64,000 bases of DNA from a virus (taxonomy: Duplodnaviria > Caudoviricetes). The notes beneath the pieces are model-generated. The model was not told the origin of the DNA. It searched no databases and saw nothing but the letters and a program-made list of their open reading frames with translations. The stretch is from the IMG/VR virus record IMGVR_UViG_3300038679_000032, positions 516 through 64,515 of that record. One strand, written 5' to 3'. How positions within the stretch are numbered: position 1 is the stretch's first letter; the number at the start of each line of letters is the position of its first letter. Positions 27,906-37,875 of the stretch are shown here, one piece after another. A program made the position numbers and the translations under genes.

Positions 27906-28943
27906 TTACAAAACCACCCCCGCATATCCACGGAGAACCGCGTCGAGCCGTGCCATCTGGACGGCGGTGAGTTCTTCGGCAACGAGACACAAGACCGCCA
28001 TTTTCCCCTGTGCTGGATATTCTACCGCCCCGCCAGTTCCGAGGTGATATGGTCCGACAAGAGCCGCCTTGTTTTCCATAGCCACATACGATCCGTTGCT
28101 GGAATCCGTGTCATCCACAGCCACACCATTAAAGAAAAGGTTGATTGCATCCGCCGTCACCCCGGTCCCCTTGGAAAACCCGTATGTAACCCAAACTCCA
28201 CGATATGCGGTTAGTGCGGTGTCATAGATGCGCCCGATGTATGCTCCCGAAACACTATCGTCCCAACAGCGGAAATATAGTTTCTCTCCAGTTAAGTAAA
28301 AATTATATTCCCGGTTTGTTGATCCCGTAGTTGTGTCGTCCTTGGCGAGCAGATATTGCGTGGATGTATATGATGTGTTAAACAATACTATTGCCGAGAA
28401 CGCACTGTCCGCACTCCCGTTCCCGAATGTCAAATCCGCCGCATCGGGGGTGTTCCAGAGATGGGTGGCATCAAATGTCAGATACGGTGCAAGGCCGCTC
28501 ACTCCCGGCGTGCAGGTCGAGGCGTTGATGGCGTTTAGCGAGGCATCCCGTAGCGTCGTGACATGGGTAGTCACCCCGCCGATGGTGCTTCGCTCCGTGA
28601 TGGTGCTTACCGCCCCGGTCTGATCGAAAACGAGGAACAGGCGGATATTCGCCGGGGTGATAATGCCGTAAACTGCGTTTATCATCTGACCCTTGGCGTT
28701 TTCAAACACCCCTTGATGTGGTTGAAGCACCCATCTCTTGTTCCCCCCGTTGGCATCCGGGGCGATGATTCGTGGAGAAGATTCCGTAGCCGCAGAATCA
28801 TCATCGAGGATATAGGTGTATGTGTACCCCCCTACGGTGACATACGCCATGTCCTTGTCGGCAAGACCAGCCCCGTCTATTGCGTCCAATGCCCCGGTTC
28901 CGCCCCCGGTTAATGCTATTGCCGGATATACATATTTAGCCAT
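27906..28943 (-). CDS. Virion/receptor-binding protein with LamG-like C-terminal domain
   Basis: Gly-rich anchor; beta-sandwich pattern (FSAIVLF...YLLAK...W...FFNG). Confidence 0.6.
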   Translation of the reverse strand: MAKYVYPAIALTGGGTGALDAIDGAGLADKDMAYVTVGGYTYTYILDDDSAATESSPRIIAPDANGGNKRWVLQPHQGVFENAKGQMINAVYGIITPANIRLFLVFDQTGAVSTITERSTIGGVTTHVTTLRDASLNAINASTCTPGVSGLAPYLTFDATHLWNTPDAADLTFGNGSADSAFSAIVLFNTSYTSTQYLLAKDDTTTGSTNREYNFYLTGEKLYFRCWDDSVSGAYIGRIYDTALTAYRGVWVTYGFSKGTGVTADAINLFFNGVAVDDTDSSNGSYVAMENKAALVGPYHLGTGGAVEYPAQGKMAVLCLVAEELTAVQMARLDAVLRGYAGVVL

Positions 28944-29148
28944 GTTTCAACTCCTTTTCTCTGTAATACTTCAGTTTAAGGTGCATGCTCTTTGCCATCG
29001 CGGTTGCGATTCGGCACTTCAATTTAATATCTTCGTTATCGGTCAACTTGTAAATATCCCTTAAAGTCTGGCAAATGGAGTGATGCCCCTCATATCGGGT
29101 ATTCTCCATGACTTCTTCGCTTACCGGGGCCACTTTTTTATACGGCAT
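28936..29148 (-). CDS. Small protein with CxTxRDIY domain
   Basis: Paralogous to the C-half of 35615..36049. Confidence 0.65.
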   Translation of the reverse strand: MPYKKVAPVSEEVMENTRYEGHHSICQTLRDIYKLTDNEDIKLKCRIATAMAKSMHLKLKYYREKELKHG

Positions 29149-30088
29149 CGTTCAAGTACCATTCAATGTATTTGTCCAACCCGTCTTGGATCGTGTGCTT
29201 CGGGTCATACCCGAAACTCTCTTTGGCTTTAGTTATGTCTGCGTAAGTCATTGTCGCTTCCCCTTCCATTAAGGGGGCGTGCTTGATTACCGCGTCTTTT
29301 TTTAGGCGGTTCTCAAGGGCAAAGACAAGATCGCTCAGTAAGATCGCCTTCCCGGACCCCAAATTATAAATCTCATATCCGTGCTTTTTAGAAAGTATCT
29401 TCACAATCCCATCCACAACATCATCGACATAAGTAAAATCTCTTTTTACTTCATCCCCGCCGTGAACGGTCATTTCCGCCTTATGGTGAATCAGTCTTGT
29501 AAATAGAGGTATCGCCATATCCGTCCTCTGTCTTGGCCCGTACACCGTGAAGGGCCTGATACAAGCAATGTCCATTTTGTGAAGGTAGTGATAGGTATAG
29601 CAGATAAGTTCCCCAGCTTTCTTAGATGCGGCATAAGGGCAGAGGGGTTCCGTGACAACTTCCGTTTCCTTCCACGGGACATTGGGGTTGTTCCCGTACA
29701 CACTCGAAGAAGAAGCGAAGACGAATCTTTCGACTTCATTCCTCCTGCAAAACTCCAAGACATTCACGGTCCCGGTAATGTTCACATTGGAATGTAAGGC
29801 GGGGTTCTGGACTGATACTCTCACTCCGGCTTGGGCCGCAAGGTGAACCACCGCATCTATCCTCCAACACGAAAACGCCTTTTCAAGACTCATTGGTTCC
29901 GTGACGCTACCAGAAATCAGCTTGAAATTAGGGTTGGAGATGTTATGCTCGATGTTCTTCCACTTCAAAGCCGGGTTGTAGAGATTGTCGAATGAGTCAA
30001 AACAAATCACCCGTTCCCCGTCTTTCAGTAATCGGTCTATCAGGTGCGAGCCGATGAATCCGCAGCCACCTGGGATCAGTATTGTCAC
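29138..30088 (-). CDS. NAD-dependent nucleotide-sugar epimerase/dehydratase (UDP-glucuronate epimerase-like)
   Basis: GGCGFIG, ASSSSVYG, YAASK, FTVYGP. Confidence 0.93.
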   Translation of the reverse strand: MTILIPGGCGFIGSHLIDRLLKDGERVICFDSFDNLYNPALKWKNIEHNISNPNFKLISGSVTEPMSLEKAFSCWRIDAVVHLAAQAGVRVSVQNPALHSNVNITGTVNVLEFCRRNEVERFVFASSSSVYGNNPNVPWKETEVVTEPLCPYAASKKAGELICYTYHYLHKMDIACIRPFTVYGPRQRTDMAIPLFTRLIHHKAEMTVHGGDEVKRDFTYVDDVVDGIVKILSKKHGYEIYNLGSGKAILLSDLVFALENRLKKDAVIKHAPLMEGEATMTYADITKAKESFGYDPKHTIQDGLDKYIEWYLNDAV

Positions 30089-30453
30089 GATTCACTCCTC
30101 TTAAATTTATCGCAGTACCCGTTTACAAAATGTCCGTCTTCGTGCAAATCTAATCTACAACCACCCATATCAGAACCTATCTGCCACTGATAAAAATTAG
30201 CACAATCCTTGCAGTTTTCCTTATATGTGAGTTTCTTTAGGTATTTGACGGGTCTGCATTTACAAAATTCGCTAAAATCAGTAGAGGGCTCATAAGATTC
30301 ACTAAACCCCATATTGTGTGGAAGCACCATAAATCTTCTATAATTTGGGCGACGAATAACTGCTATCAATTTGCATTTTGAACACAACTCAATATACCCA
30401 TCCAGTTTCTCATACTTTTTTTTGTAATACGTCGCTAATTCAAGATTGTTCAC
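30085..30453 (-). CDS. Cys-rich hypothetical protein
   Basis: GTG start overlapping the upstream TGA; GGAGG SD; AT-rich. Confidence 0.55.
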   Translation of the reverse strand: MNNLELATYYKKKYEKLDGYIELCSKCKLIAVIRRPNYRRFMVLPHNMGFSESYEPSTDFSEFCKCRPVKYLKKLTYKENCKDCANFYQWQIGSDMGGCRLDLHEDGHFVNGYCDKFKRSES

Positions 30454-32789
30454 AGTTTCAAATCCTCCCATCCCGGCAATTTATTGACATGAGATTCAGT
30501 CCAGTTCTTACAGGGGTTCCTGAACTTGTCAGGACTCCACCTCGAAGATGTGAGGTTATACTTGTGGCGCACATCCAAGTTGGCAATCTTCGTTTCAAAG
30601 AAGTCGGACTTGTAATCATCGACCCTTTCCGGCCTTCCGTGGGTTCCCGGTTCAAACCCCATTCTCCGGGAGAACCCCACTTCCTCTACCTTCCTCACCC
30701 TTTCTCGATAGTGCTTCAGGAACAACTCCCTGTACGCTACGCATTGGGACACTTTTTTGCAGTCCCAGAAAACGGCATGGCCGTCCGCTTGCCTCACTTG
30801 CCAATTATTTTTATTGTAATAAAACCTGTCTTTACATAACGGTGTGAACTCAAAGTGTTCCGGGGTATAAAGAACATCGTGTTCGCACAGCCAGACGAGT
30901 TCCGTGTCTATCCGTTCAAGACCGGCGAGGATTTGCTTGAACATTGTCAGGTATCCTCGTTCAAGGTTCAGAACAACATTGTCTCCGAACTCAACCGGTT
31001 TAAGTGTGACGGAAACGATAGGGAGGCCCGTGTCGAGAAGTCGTTGCTGAACCATCCTACCCAATCGGTCCTCAATCCTGTTGTCGGAATAATATACAAT
31101 GCCCCGGTCACTATGGGCGGCGGATACAAATTGTCCATTGTCATTTCTCTGTCTTCCCTCCGCCGCAATGGACATTGTTTCGGAGATTTTATGCTTCGTT
31201 TCGTCTGAATGTTTTTTCCCAAGCATTCCGCGTGGGTGGCCCCTGTCGGCCCAGACTGCAATGCCTTGCATTTTTTCGCCATAAAGCCTCACCCTCTCAT
31301 CTGTTTCTTTTGTAAGATTTTTATTCCACGGTGTGTGTCCAATTTTTGAATTGCTTATTTTTTCCTTTATATCGTCAGTCCAAGGGATACCCTTATTCCA
31401 TGCTTCTTTGCCCTTATGAGACTCTCGCATCTTTTCAATAGATTCGGGGGAATGCTTTTTCCCATAAAACCCATTTCCCTCTCCGCTTTGTTGTTGACTC
31501 ATTTTTAGCAAGGAATCTTCAGTATGTTTTCTTCCGAGACTTGAACCAGCTACCGGGTTTATGTTGTACATATTGTCCCATCCGATGTTCTGCGAATATG
31601 TGTCTATAAATTGTTGCTCACAAGAGACAAGATCATTGGGTTTACAAAAAAATTCTATATCAAAAGTAAACGCTTCCTCACCATATTTGTTCCACGATTT
31701 CTGTAAATGATCGTTTTCGTGGTTTCCTTTGTGAAACATTTTTAGGTGCTCCCCAAACCTTCTTGATATGTCGATTGCTGATCCGACATACACCTTTCCG
31801 TTTTTTTTGTTTTTAATAGAATAAACTCCTGCTCGATCAACACGCATTTCATCTTGCAACAGTTTATCCAAATCCCCCTGTGACCACCCAGGGATGGGCC
31901 AAAATTGCTTTATTACCTTAGAAAGTGGATATATCTGTTGTTCCCACTTATTCTCGAAAAACAAATCCCTCGCATATTTTTTTGCACCCTGTATTTGTCT
32001 TCCTGATGCTGGCCAAGGGAACCCAAAATCCCCCCCCTTGGTGCGGAAAAGGTGTGCATACCAAGTGTTATGATTGCAAACAACCACTCCACCAGACAAG
32101 CGTGTTCGCAATGAAACTTCGATCCCCTGTGACCCCCAATTACCAAACTCCTCGTCGCACAGATTCAGTTCGTGATACTTCTCTCTCGTACACATGAAGA
32201 ATGAACCCTGCAAAGACATGGTTTCGGTGAGTTCCCCTTTTCCTTCGGGGCGGGACTTGAACTCCCTGAAGTATTGAAAGTGCGGTTCCGGGTCGAAGCA
32301 GTAAGAAGAACATTGGGGGTTCGCTTTACCAATCCACACAATGTCCTTGTGAAAGTCTGTTTTATTGTCGCACTTAGGACAGTCGGTTGGTCGGTTCCCC
32401 TGATACCTACGGTCCCCGCACTTAGAGCATACCCAGTCAAATACATGGAGGTTCCTCATTACGGGGACCATCGTGAAATTGTCCTGCATCTTGTCCATCA
32501 ACTTAACATCGAATCCTTCATCAAAAGCACAATGAGCGTCTGTTTTAACAAGATATTTTGACTTACTGATACGGGCGGCATAATTTGTTCCCGCCCTCTG
32601 GCCCACCGCTTCGGAGAAGTGTAGTAAGGTCACTTTGGGATTGTCTTTAATAGGCGGGTCCGGCCAGTACCCGTCTAATACAGCTATAATTTCCGTATTC
32701 CCTCTGATGTTTCTGAGAAGGTCTTCCACCGTATTAGACAGGAACTCCTCATTTCGTGCCGGGATTATCACGCTCAAATCATAGATCAT
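30450..32789 (-). CDS. GT2 glycosyltransferase - GIY-YIG endonuclease - second GT-like domain fusion
   Basis: SVIIPARNE and DAHC (GT-A); GVY...YVG plus NUMOD3-like repeats (aa ~315-555); GIVYY...EHDVLY domain. Confidence 0.88.
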   Translation of the reverse strand: MIYDLSVIIPARNEEFLSNTVEDLLRNIRGNTEIIAVLDGYWPDPPIKDNPKVTLLHFSEAVGQRAGTNYAARISKSKYLVKTDAHCAFDEGFDVKLMDKMQDNFTMVPVMRNLHVFDWVCSKCGDRRYQGNRPTDCPKCDNKTDFHKDIVWIGKANPQCSSYCFDPEPHFQYFREFKSRPEGKGELTETMSLQGSFFMCTREKYHELNLCDEEFGNWGSQGIEVSLRTRLSGGVVVCNHNTWYAHLFRTKGGDFGFPWPASGRQIQGAKKYARDLFFENKWEQQIYPLSKVIKQFWPIPGWSQGDLDKLLQDEMRVDRAGVYSIKNKKNGKVYVGSAIDISRRFGEHLKMFHKGNHENDHLQKSWNKYGEEAFTFDIEFFCKPNDLVSCEQQFIDTYSQNIGWDNMYNINPVAGSSLGRKHTEDSLLKMSQQQSGEGNGFYGKKHSPESIEKMRESHKGKEAWNKGIPWTDDIKEKISNSKIGHTPWNKNLTKETDERVRLYGEKMQGIAVWADRGHPRGMLGKKHSDETKHKISETMSIAAEGRQRNDNGQFVSAAHSDRGIVYYSDNRIEDRLGRMVQQRLLDTGLPIVSVTLKPVEFGDNVVLNLERGYLTMFKQILAGLERIDTELVWLCEHDVLYTPEHFEFTPLCKDRFYYNKNNWQVRQADGHAVFWDCKKVSQCVAYRELFLKHYRERVRKVEEVGFSRRMGFEPGTHGRPERVDDYKSDFFETKIANLDVRHKYNLTSSRWSPDKFRNPCKNWTESHVNKLPGWEDLKL
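31110..31850 (-). mobile_element. In-frame GIY-YIG homing endonuclease insert
   Basis: GVYSIKNKKNGKVYVGS, HL..SWNKYG, E...I, YN, repeated GKKHS/WNKG; AT-richer than the flanks. Confidence 0.85.
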
Positions 32790-33508
32790 GCAATATCCTT
32801 CTCATAGCTTAATTTGTGGAACAGCCCCATCGGGTTCGTGTTTCCGTTTATGTTGTATCTTCCTACCGGGAATATGTAAATCTTAGGCCCGACAACAGCC
32901 TTAATGTGGTTCTCTACCGCATACCGATTGAACCTCTGATTGAAGTAACAGTCTTCCCCTCTTTTGGGGTCTGCATGATACCCATACTGACAATACCTTG
33001 CGTTATACCCGCCGAGCTTCCAGAACAGGTCTTTCTTCATGGCCCATGTATTCCCGTGGACGGAAGCATAGGTTCCCCTCACCGAAAGTCTTTTCTCATC
33101 GAACCCGTATGCCTTCAGTATCCCAAGGTCATGTCTCAACCTTCCCCTGATGTCCAAGACGGCTATGTGCCGTGGGAACACCATCTTCTCCCCGGTGAAG
33201 TTATAGACTGTTTCAAGGGCTTCCTTGGAAATGATGTGGTCGATATCGGTCATAAACAGATACTCGCCTTTGGCGTGCTTGGCCCCCATGTTTCGTGCGA
33301 GTCCCTGTGTCCATTTACGGGTGTCGTGGGTTTCCAGAATTGTAAGATTTTTGAGGTAGTTTTTCTTGCTTTTCAGAGGCGGGTCGGAACCGTCGTCAAC
33401 TAAGATAAACTCAATATCATCAGGAAGATTGAGACTCCTGAAATATCTTATCTGCCTTTTGACGGCCCCGTGAGAGTCAAGAACCGGGATGACGACGGAA
33501 ATCTTCAT
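32786..33508 (-). CDS. GT2 glycosyltransferase
   Basis: ISVVIP, VDDGS, ARNMG, TDID, GED. Confidence 0.9.
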   Translation of the reverse strand: MKISVVIPVLDSHGAVKRQIRYFRSLNLPDDIEFILVDDGSDPPLKSKKNYLKNLTILETHDTRKWTQGLARNMGAKHAKGEYLFMTDIDHIISKEALETVYNFTGEKMVFPRHIAVLDIRGRLRHDLGILKAYGFDEKRLSVRGTYASVHGNTWAMKKDLFWKLGGYNARYCQYGYHADPKRGEDCYFNQRFNRYAVENHIKAVVGPKIYIFPVGRYNINGNTNPMGLFHKLSYEKDIA

Positions 33509-33717
33509 CGAGTAGTCCTATTAAAATACTGTTACGTTGTATCGTAAGGTTCATCGCTGCCGCAACACGGGCAGCGCCATAAAACTCATTCACATCCTTT
33601 CTCTAACATTTCTTCTCCTTTATACCCGCACTCAGGACACTCAACTTCTACTTTTACCCATTCAATCTCAGCATAAAAAGCATCAATCTGTTCTAGTTCT
33701 TTTTTGTTTAACATTAT

Positions 33718-34833
33718 TTACCCCCTCGCTTTAGTCTGGAAATCTTCATTAAACCACCTGTCAATCAATTCACAAATATAATTTGTTTCTTGTTCTGTCA
33801 CCCACCATCCGCACGGAATACAGACATGAAACTCATCGAACCAGTCCACCCCCGGAAGGGGGGTCTTACTGTCCCTGAAGATAGTCTTTGTGTCGTTCCT
33901 GTCGTGGACTCTTGAACACTCTACCCCGTTTAACTTCATGTATTGGATGAACCTGTCCGGTTCTTCTATGATAACGGTATAAAGCCAATAAGAGGATTTC
34001 CTGTGGGCCAGTTCCGACAGTCCAAAACACTTATTCAACCTTTGTGCATTAAGGCGGCTCTTTTCAATCCGTTGTTCAAGTCCTCTTGAATTAGCCAGAC
34101 CTATAGAGGCAAGGACATCGTTCATCTGCCACTTGTATCCCACAACAGGGGGGTCTTGATTGCACCGCATATCGGCACCCTTATCTCTATCCAGCCCGAA
34201 CCATCTCATCATTCGGGCATCTTCGCATTGACTCTTTGCCCACATCTGGTGCCCGTTGATGCAGAGAAATCCCCCATCTACTGTCGTCAAATGCTTTATA
34301 GCCTGAGTTGAAAACGCAACATAGGTCGCCTGATTGCCCACCTTGACACCTTTATACTCAGCACCAATGGCTTGACAGGCATCCTCTATTAAAGGCACTC
34401 CATACTTCACGGACAGGGCCATGAGTTCATCCAACATGCACGGCTTCCCGCCCCAATCCATGCACATCATAGCTTTTACTTTTTGCTTGGAAAGAATCTT
34501 CCCTACTTCTCTGGGGTCTATCGTTCCATCCATCATAATGTCCGCCCATACCGGAGTGGCCCCGACATTTAAGATGGAAGTATTCGAGGCCAAACAGGTC
34601 ATTGGAGTGGAAAGCACCTTATCCCCCGGCCCCACCCCGGCGAGTTTCAACGCTAAGGTAATCGCGGAAGTGCCGGAGTTCACGATGACGCAGTTATGGT
34701 TCCCGATATATTCCCCGAACCATTTTTCCAATTCTCTTGACTTCGGCCCCTCTCCAATATATCCCGAATGAAGCACCGGGAGGATGAAGTCGGAAACATC
34801 AGGAGCCATATAAACTTTGAATAATGGGATCAC
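33718..34833 (-). CDS. DegT/DnrJ/EryC1/StrS PLP sugar aminotransferase
   Basis: NSGTSA, IEDACQA, FSTQAIKHLTTVDGG. Confidence 0.93.
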   Translation of the reverse strand: MIPLFKVYMAPDVSDFILPVLHSGYIGEGPKSRELEKWFGEYIGNHNCVIVNSGTSAITLALKLAGVGPGDKVLSTPMTCLASNTSILNVGATPVWADIMMDGTIDPREVGKILSKQKVKAMMCMDWGGKPCMLDELMALSVKYGVPLIEDACQAIGAEYKGVKVGNQATYVAFSTQAIKHLTTVDGGFLCINGHQMWAKSQCEDARMMRWFGLDRDKGADMRCNQDPPVVGYKWQMNDVLASIGLANSRGLEQRIEKSRLNAQRLNKCFGLSELAHRKSSYWLYTVIIEEPDRFIQYMKLNGVECSRVHDRNDTKTIFRDSKTPLPGVDWFDEFHVCIPCGWWVTEQETNYICELIDRWFNEDFQTKARG

Positions 34834-35654
34834 TTTAATTCCTCATAGTATTTAGCAACCTTTTCTATGTGGTATTCTTCGGCCTTTTTAAGCCCTACTT
34901 CCGCAAGATGCTTATACAGTCTCGGTTCATCCCTCAATTCAAGGGTGAATCTAAATAAATCGTCTACAGTATAGACTGGGAAGAAGCATAGTTCAAACTC
35001 AGCCCTATAGTTATCTTCCCCATAGCTCACCGTCGGTATCCCGAATGAGGCCGCATTAGCCAATTTTAGAGGGTTGTGCAGTTGTGCGTGCATCCCCTTT
35101 ACATGGGGCCGCCAACAGATTTGAATGTCTATCCCCCTATAAAAATCAATCACATCCCCTCTTGTAGTAAAATCTTCCGTCCAGACGAAGTTCATCCCTT
35201 CTTTTAAGAATCTCAGTCTCGTTTCTTCCGGGTCCAAATTGAACCCTTTCATCACCCCGATAACCCCTACGGTGGTCACGCTTCGGTCTGGCCGTAGCTC
35301 TCGTTCAAAGTTGCAATGATGTTCCGGTATGAAAACAACCTTCTTCTTGAGGACTTCAGAAAGATACCTCTGCCCCGTGAGGGAAGTTGAAATAACCCCG
35401 CAAGAGGGATGCTCCTTACACCATCCGACCAATCCGCACCCATCAACCACATCCACAAAGGATTTTTTGGGATAATGAACAGGCGGTTGCATTTTGACAT
35501 AAATACATACATCATCTTCATACCCCTCTTGAGGGTTCAACCTGGCCCCCAAATAAGTCCCTATCTGCCTACCCCTTATCTCCCCGGACCCTGTTTTGTT
35601 GAAGAAAAAGGAAATCACCTGTTCACCTTTAGACTTCGTTTCCTGAGTTGCCAA
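34830..35654 (-). CDS. GT-B (GT4-like) glycosyltransferase
   Basis: KLANAASFGIPTV C-terminal signature. Confidence 0.7.
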   Translation of the reverse strand: MATQETKSKGEQVISFFFNKTGSGEIRGRQIGTYLGARLNPQEGYEDDVCIYVKMQPPVHYPKKSFVDVVDGCGLVGWCKEHPSCGVISTSLTGQRYLSEVLKKKVVFIPEHHCNFERELRPDRSVTTVGVIGVMKGFNLDPEETRLRFLKEGMNFVWTEDFTTRGDVIDFYRGIDIQICWRPHVKGMHAQLHNPLKLANAASFGIPTVSYGEDNYRAEFELCFFPVYTVDDLFRFTLELRDEPRLYKHLAEVGLKKAEEYHIEKVAKYYEELK

Positions 35655-36049
35655 TCTTCCCTTGAATCATGCCCCACCGGATACCCGGCTTCGGTAAGCA
35701 TCTCCTTGTAGTCTGATAATGCGGAATACATATTCTTCGCCATCCTCACCGCCATCCGTGCCCACAACTTGATTTCCGGGTCTTCCGTCCTCATGTATAT
35801 GTCCCGTATCGTGGAACACAAATTATCCCGTCCAAAATACTTCGGCAATTCCATTCGACTCTCTGGGAATGGGATGATGATTCTCTTGTCCGTCCCTTCC
35901 GTGAACACATACTCACCCCTCTGTCTTTCCAGAACAGTCAAATGCTCCCCGGTAAAGACCTTTTCGGGTATCCCGTGAGGGAAGGCGAAACAGTAATTCC
36001 TCCCCCTCCTGATACCCCTGTAATGCTTGCAGACTAAACACTTTTCCAA
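35615..36049 (-). CDS. Two-domain protein: Cys-rich AFPxGIP domain plus CxTxRDIY domain
   Basis: CLVCKH...CFAFPHGIP; CSTIRDIY...MAKNM. Confidence 0.65.
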   Translation of the reverse strand: MEKCLVCKHYRGIRRGRNYCFAFPHGIPEKVFTGEHLTVLERQRGEYVFTEGTDKRIIIPFPESRMELPKYFGRDNLCSTIRDIYMRTEDPEIKLWARMAVRMAKNMYSALSDYKEMLTEAGYPVGHDSREDWQLRKRSLKVNR

Positions 36050-36642
36050 TGCTTCACCAAAATGTATTCCGGCTCAATGGCCCTTGTAATGTAAAAGGCT
36101 CTGAGATTGTTCGCCAAAGTGTACGCATCAACGGCTTTTACGACCCCCGTTTCAAACAGATTGCAGTATCCCCTACCTGTAATCAATCCTCCCTGCTTCA
36201 CCCTTCTCCCCCATTCAATGAGGTCCATCGAAACAGCATTGAAGTCCCTCTGTGAATCAATGTAAACAAAGTCAAGCGAATTGTCCTCAAACTGTTTCGC
36301 CGCTACGAGGCTCTTGAATCTTTTGAATTGCGCCCTCTCCCCGTATTTATCAAGCCTCCTGTGGGCGTCTATGCAATGCTCCCCCGCTTTCGGGCCGTCC
36401 CAAGCATCCACAAGATGAAGCGTCAAGTCCGGGTTCGCAGATAACATCATGTCTGAAAACACCCCGCGATCCACCCCTATTTCCGCACCCACCTTGAACT
36501 TCAGGTCGGCAAACAGTTCCGCAAGAAGTTTCCTCCCCGTATTCGGGTCGCCCAAGTTGTGCCTTCCGGTCCCGATCCAGCACAGAATCGGCGGTTCCGC
36601 CACCCTCTGCACCCCCATCTTCTTCCTGATTATATCTTCCAT
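36034..36642 (-). CDS. Class I SAM methyltransferase (Methyltransf_24-like)
   Basis: GAEIGV..G, VDAW, LDFVYID. Confidence 0.85.
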   Translation of the reverse strand: MEDIIRKKMGVQRVAEPPILCWIGTGRHNLGDPNTGRKLLAELFADLKFKVGAEIGVDRGVFSDMMLSANPDLTLHLVDAWDGPKAGEHCIDAHRRLDKYGERAQFKRFKSLVAAKQFEDNSLDFVYIDSQRDFNAVSMDLIEWGRRVKQGGLITGRGYCNLFETGVVKAVDAYTLANNLRAFYITRAIEPEYILVKHWKSV

Positions 36643-36643
36643 T

Positions 36644-37240
36644 TCACCCCTCCTTAACAAACCACCAGGTATGTTCCTTCTCCCTTGTTATGTACCATTG
36701 CTTGATATTGTTCGCCATCGTGTAGGCATCAACGGCCCTCACTACACCCCCTTGAAAAAAATTGTAATAATCATGCCCCGATACAATCCCGCCTACCTTA
36801 ACTTTTGGGGTCCATGCAATTATATCCTCAAGGACAAAGGGATAGTCGTGACGCCCGTCTATGTATATGAAATCCAAAGAGTTATCCTCAAAATCCTTCA
36901 CGGCATCCATGCTCATTTTCTTGATTAAGACGGCGTCTTTGTCTTTGAGTTTCCTCACGCACCTTTGATAATAGACTTCCTGTGAATGGTCCGTTACCCT
37001 CAGATACGCCCCCCACGGGTCTATACAGTAGAGTTTCAGGTTCGGGACACGGGCGAAAATAGCTGAAGCGTTTGTTCCCATTCTTACCCCTATTTCCGCC
37101 CCGACGGTAAATCCCAACTCCCCCCACAGTTCATACAGGGTTTCTCTGGTAGAGTTCCACCACCCCTCAAAGGGCAGATTGTCCCCCGGATGAACATGGA
37201 ACTTCTTCCAGATGGCCCGTGTCGTATCTCTTGGTTTCAT
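36644..37240 (-). CDS. Class I SAM methyltransferase (Methyltransf_24-like)
   Basis: GAEIGV..G, IDPW, LDFIYIDGRH, GGIVSGHDY. Confidence 0.9.
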   Translation of the reverse strand: MKPRDTTRAIWKKFHVHPGDNLPFEGWWNSTRETLYELWGELGFTVGAEIGVRMGTNASAIFARVPNLKLYCIDPWGAYLRVTDHSQEVYYQRCVRKLKDKDAVLIKKMSMDAVKDFEDNSLDFIYIDGRHDYPFVLEDIIAWTPKVKVGGIVSGHDYYNFFQGGVVRAVDAYTMANNIKQWYITREKEHTWWFVKEG

Positions 37241-37875
37241 TTAACCCTCCTCAAATATCCTTTTGGATTCCATGTGATGAAAAAGTTTTCCTTTGTCCGG
37301 TCTATTTCGTATTCAGGATGTTCCTGAATAAAGGTTTCAATCGCCTCATAAGGGCCGGGTTCCGGTCCCGCACTCACCCCATGCCTTGAATTACTATCCT
37401 CTACAATGAAGTAATCCCCCACGGAAACCATCGGAGAATAAGTGTTTAGAACATTCAATGTGTTCTCGTAAGTATGGGAACTGTCCTCGATGACCATGAC
37501 TCTTTTCCCCTGAATCATATTGCTTACAAGGTGTGCGGGTTCCGCACAGGCATCCCCTTCAAGGAAGAAGATACGGGGGTGCAAAAGTGCCATTTCATGG
37601 ACACGTTTCAATGAGGAGTCTATACTATAGACTATTCCATGCCCCATCAAATCACAAATATGGGCCAGAGCCAAACTCGACCCGCCCTGTCCACACCCGA
37701 TTTCAACAATGACATCCGGCTCCCTCTCCACGATGATTTCCCGGTATGTCCAGAAGTCCATCGGGGATTTGGAACAATGAATCCCAAAGTAAGTCGTGTT
37801 CCTCACGATTCTCTTTTGCATTATATTTAATACATATTTCAATCTCAGATTGAGATTGTCTTCCATATAGGTCAT
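37237..37875 (-). CDS. CmcI-family (rhamnosyl O-)methyltransferase
   Basis: K.P.D.W.Y.EII...PD.IVEIG..GGS; DSSH; YFIVED. Confidence 0.88.
   Translation of the reverse strand: MTYMEDNLNLRLKYVLNIMQKRIVRNTTYFGIHCSKSPMDFWTYREIIVEREPDVIVEIGCGQGGSSLALAHICDLMGHGIVYSIDSSLKRVHEMALLHPRIFFLEGDACAEPAHLVSNMIQGKRVMVIEDSSHTYENTLNVLNTYSPMVSVGDYFIVEDSNSRHGVSAGPEPGPYEAIETFIQEHPEYEIDRTKENFFITWNPKGYLRRVK

Noticed and set aside
31110-31850. Intein or group I intron around the GIY-YIG
   Set aside because: No Hint-domain splice motifs and no non-coding flanks; not formally excluded without a covariance search
33515-33715. Possible zinc-ribbon gene (CPECG...WRCPCCG) between the GT and the aminotransferase
   Set aside because: Needs at least two frameshifts or stops; at best a decayed fragment
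37019-37033. Near-matches to the palindrome (37019 GTCTA-N5-TAGAG; 4552 GTCTA-N5-TAGTC)
   Set aside because: One mismatch each; not counted among the 16
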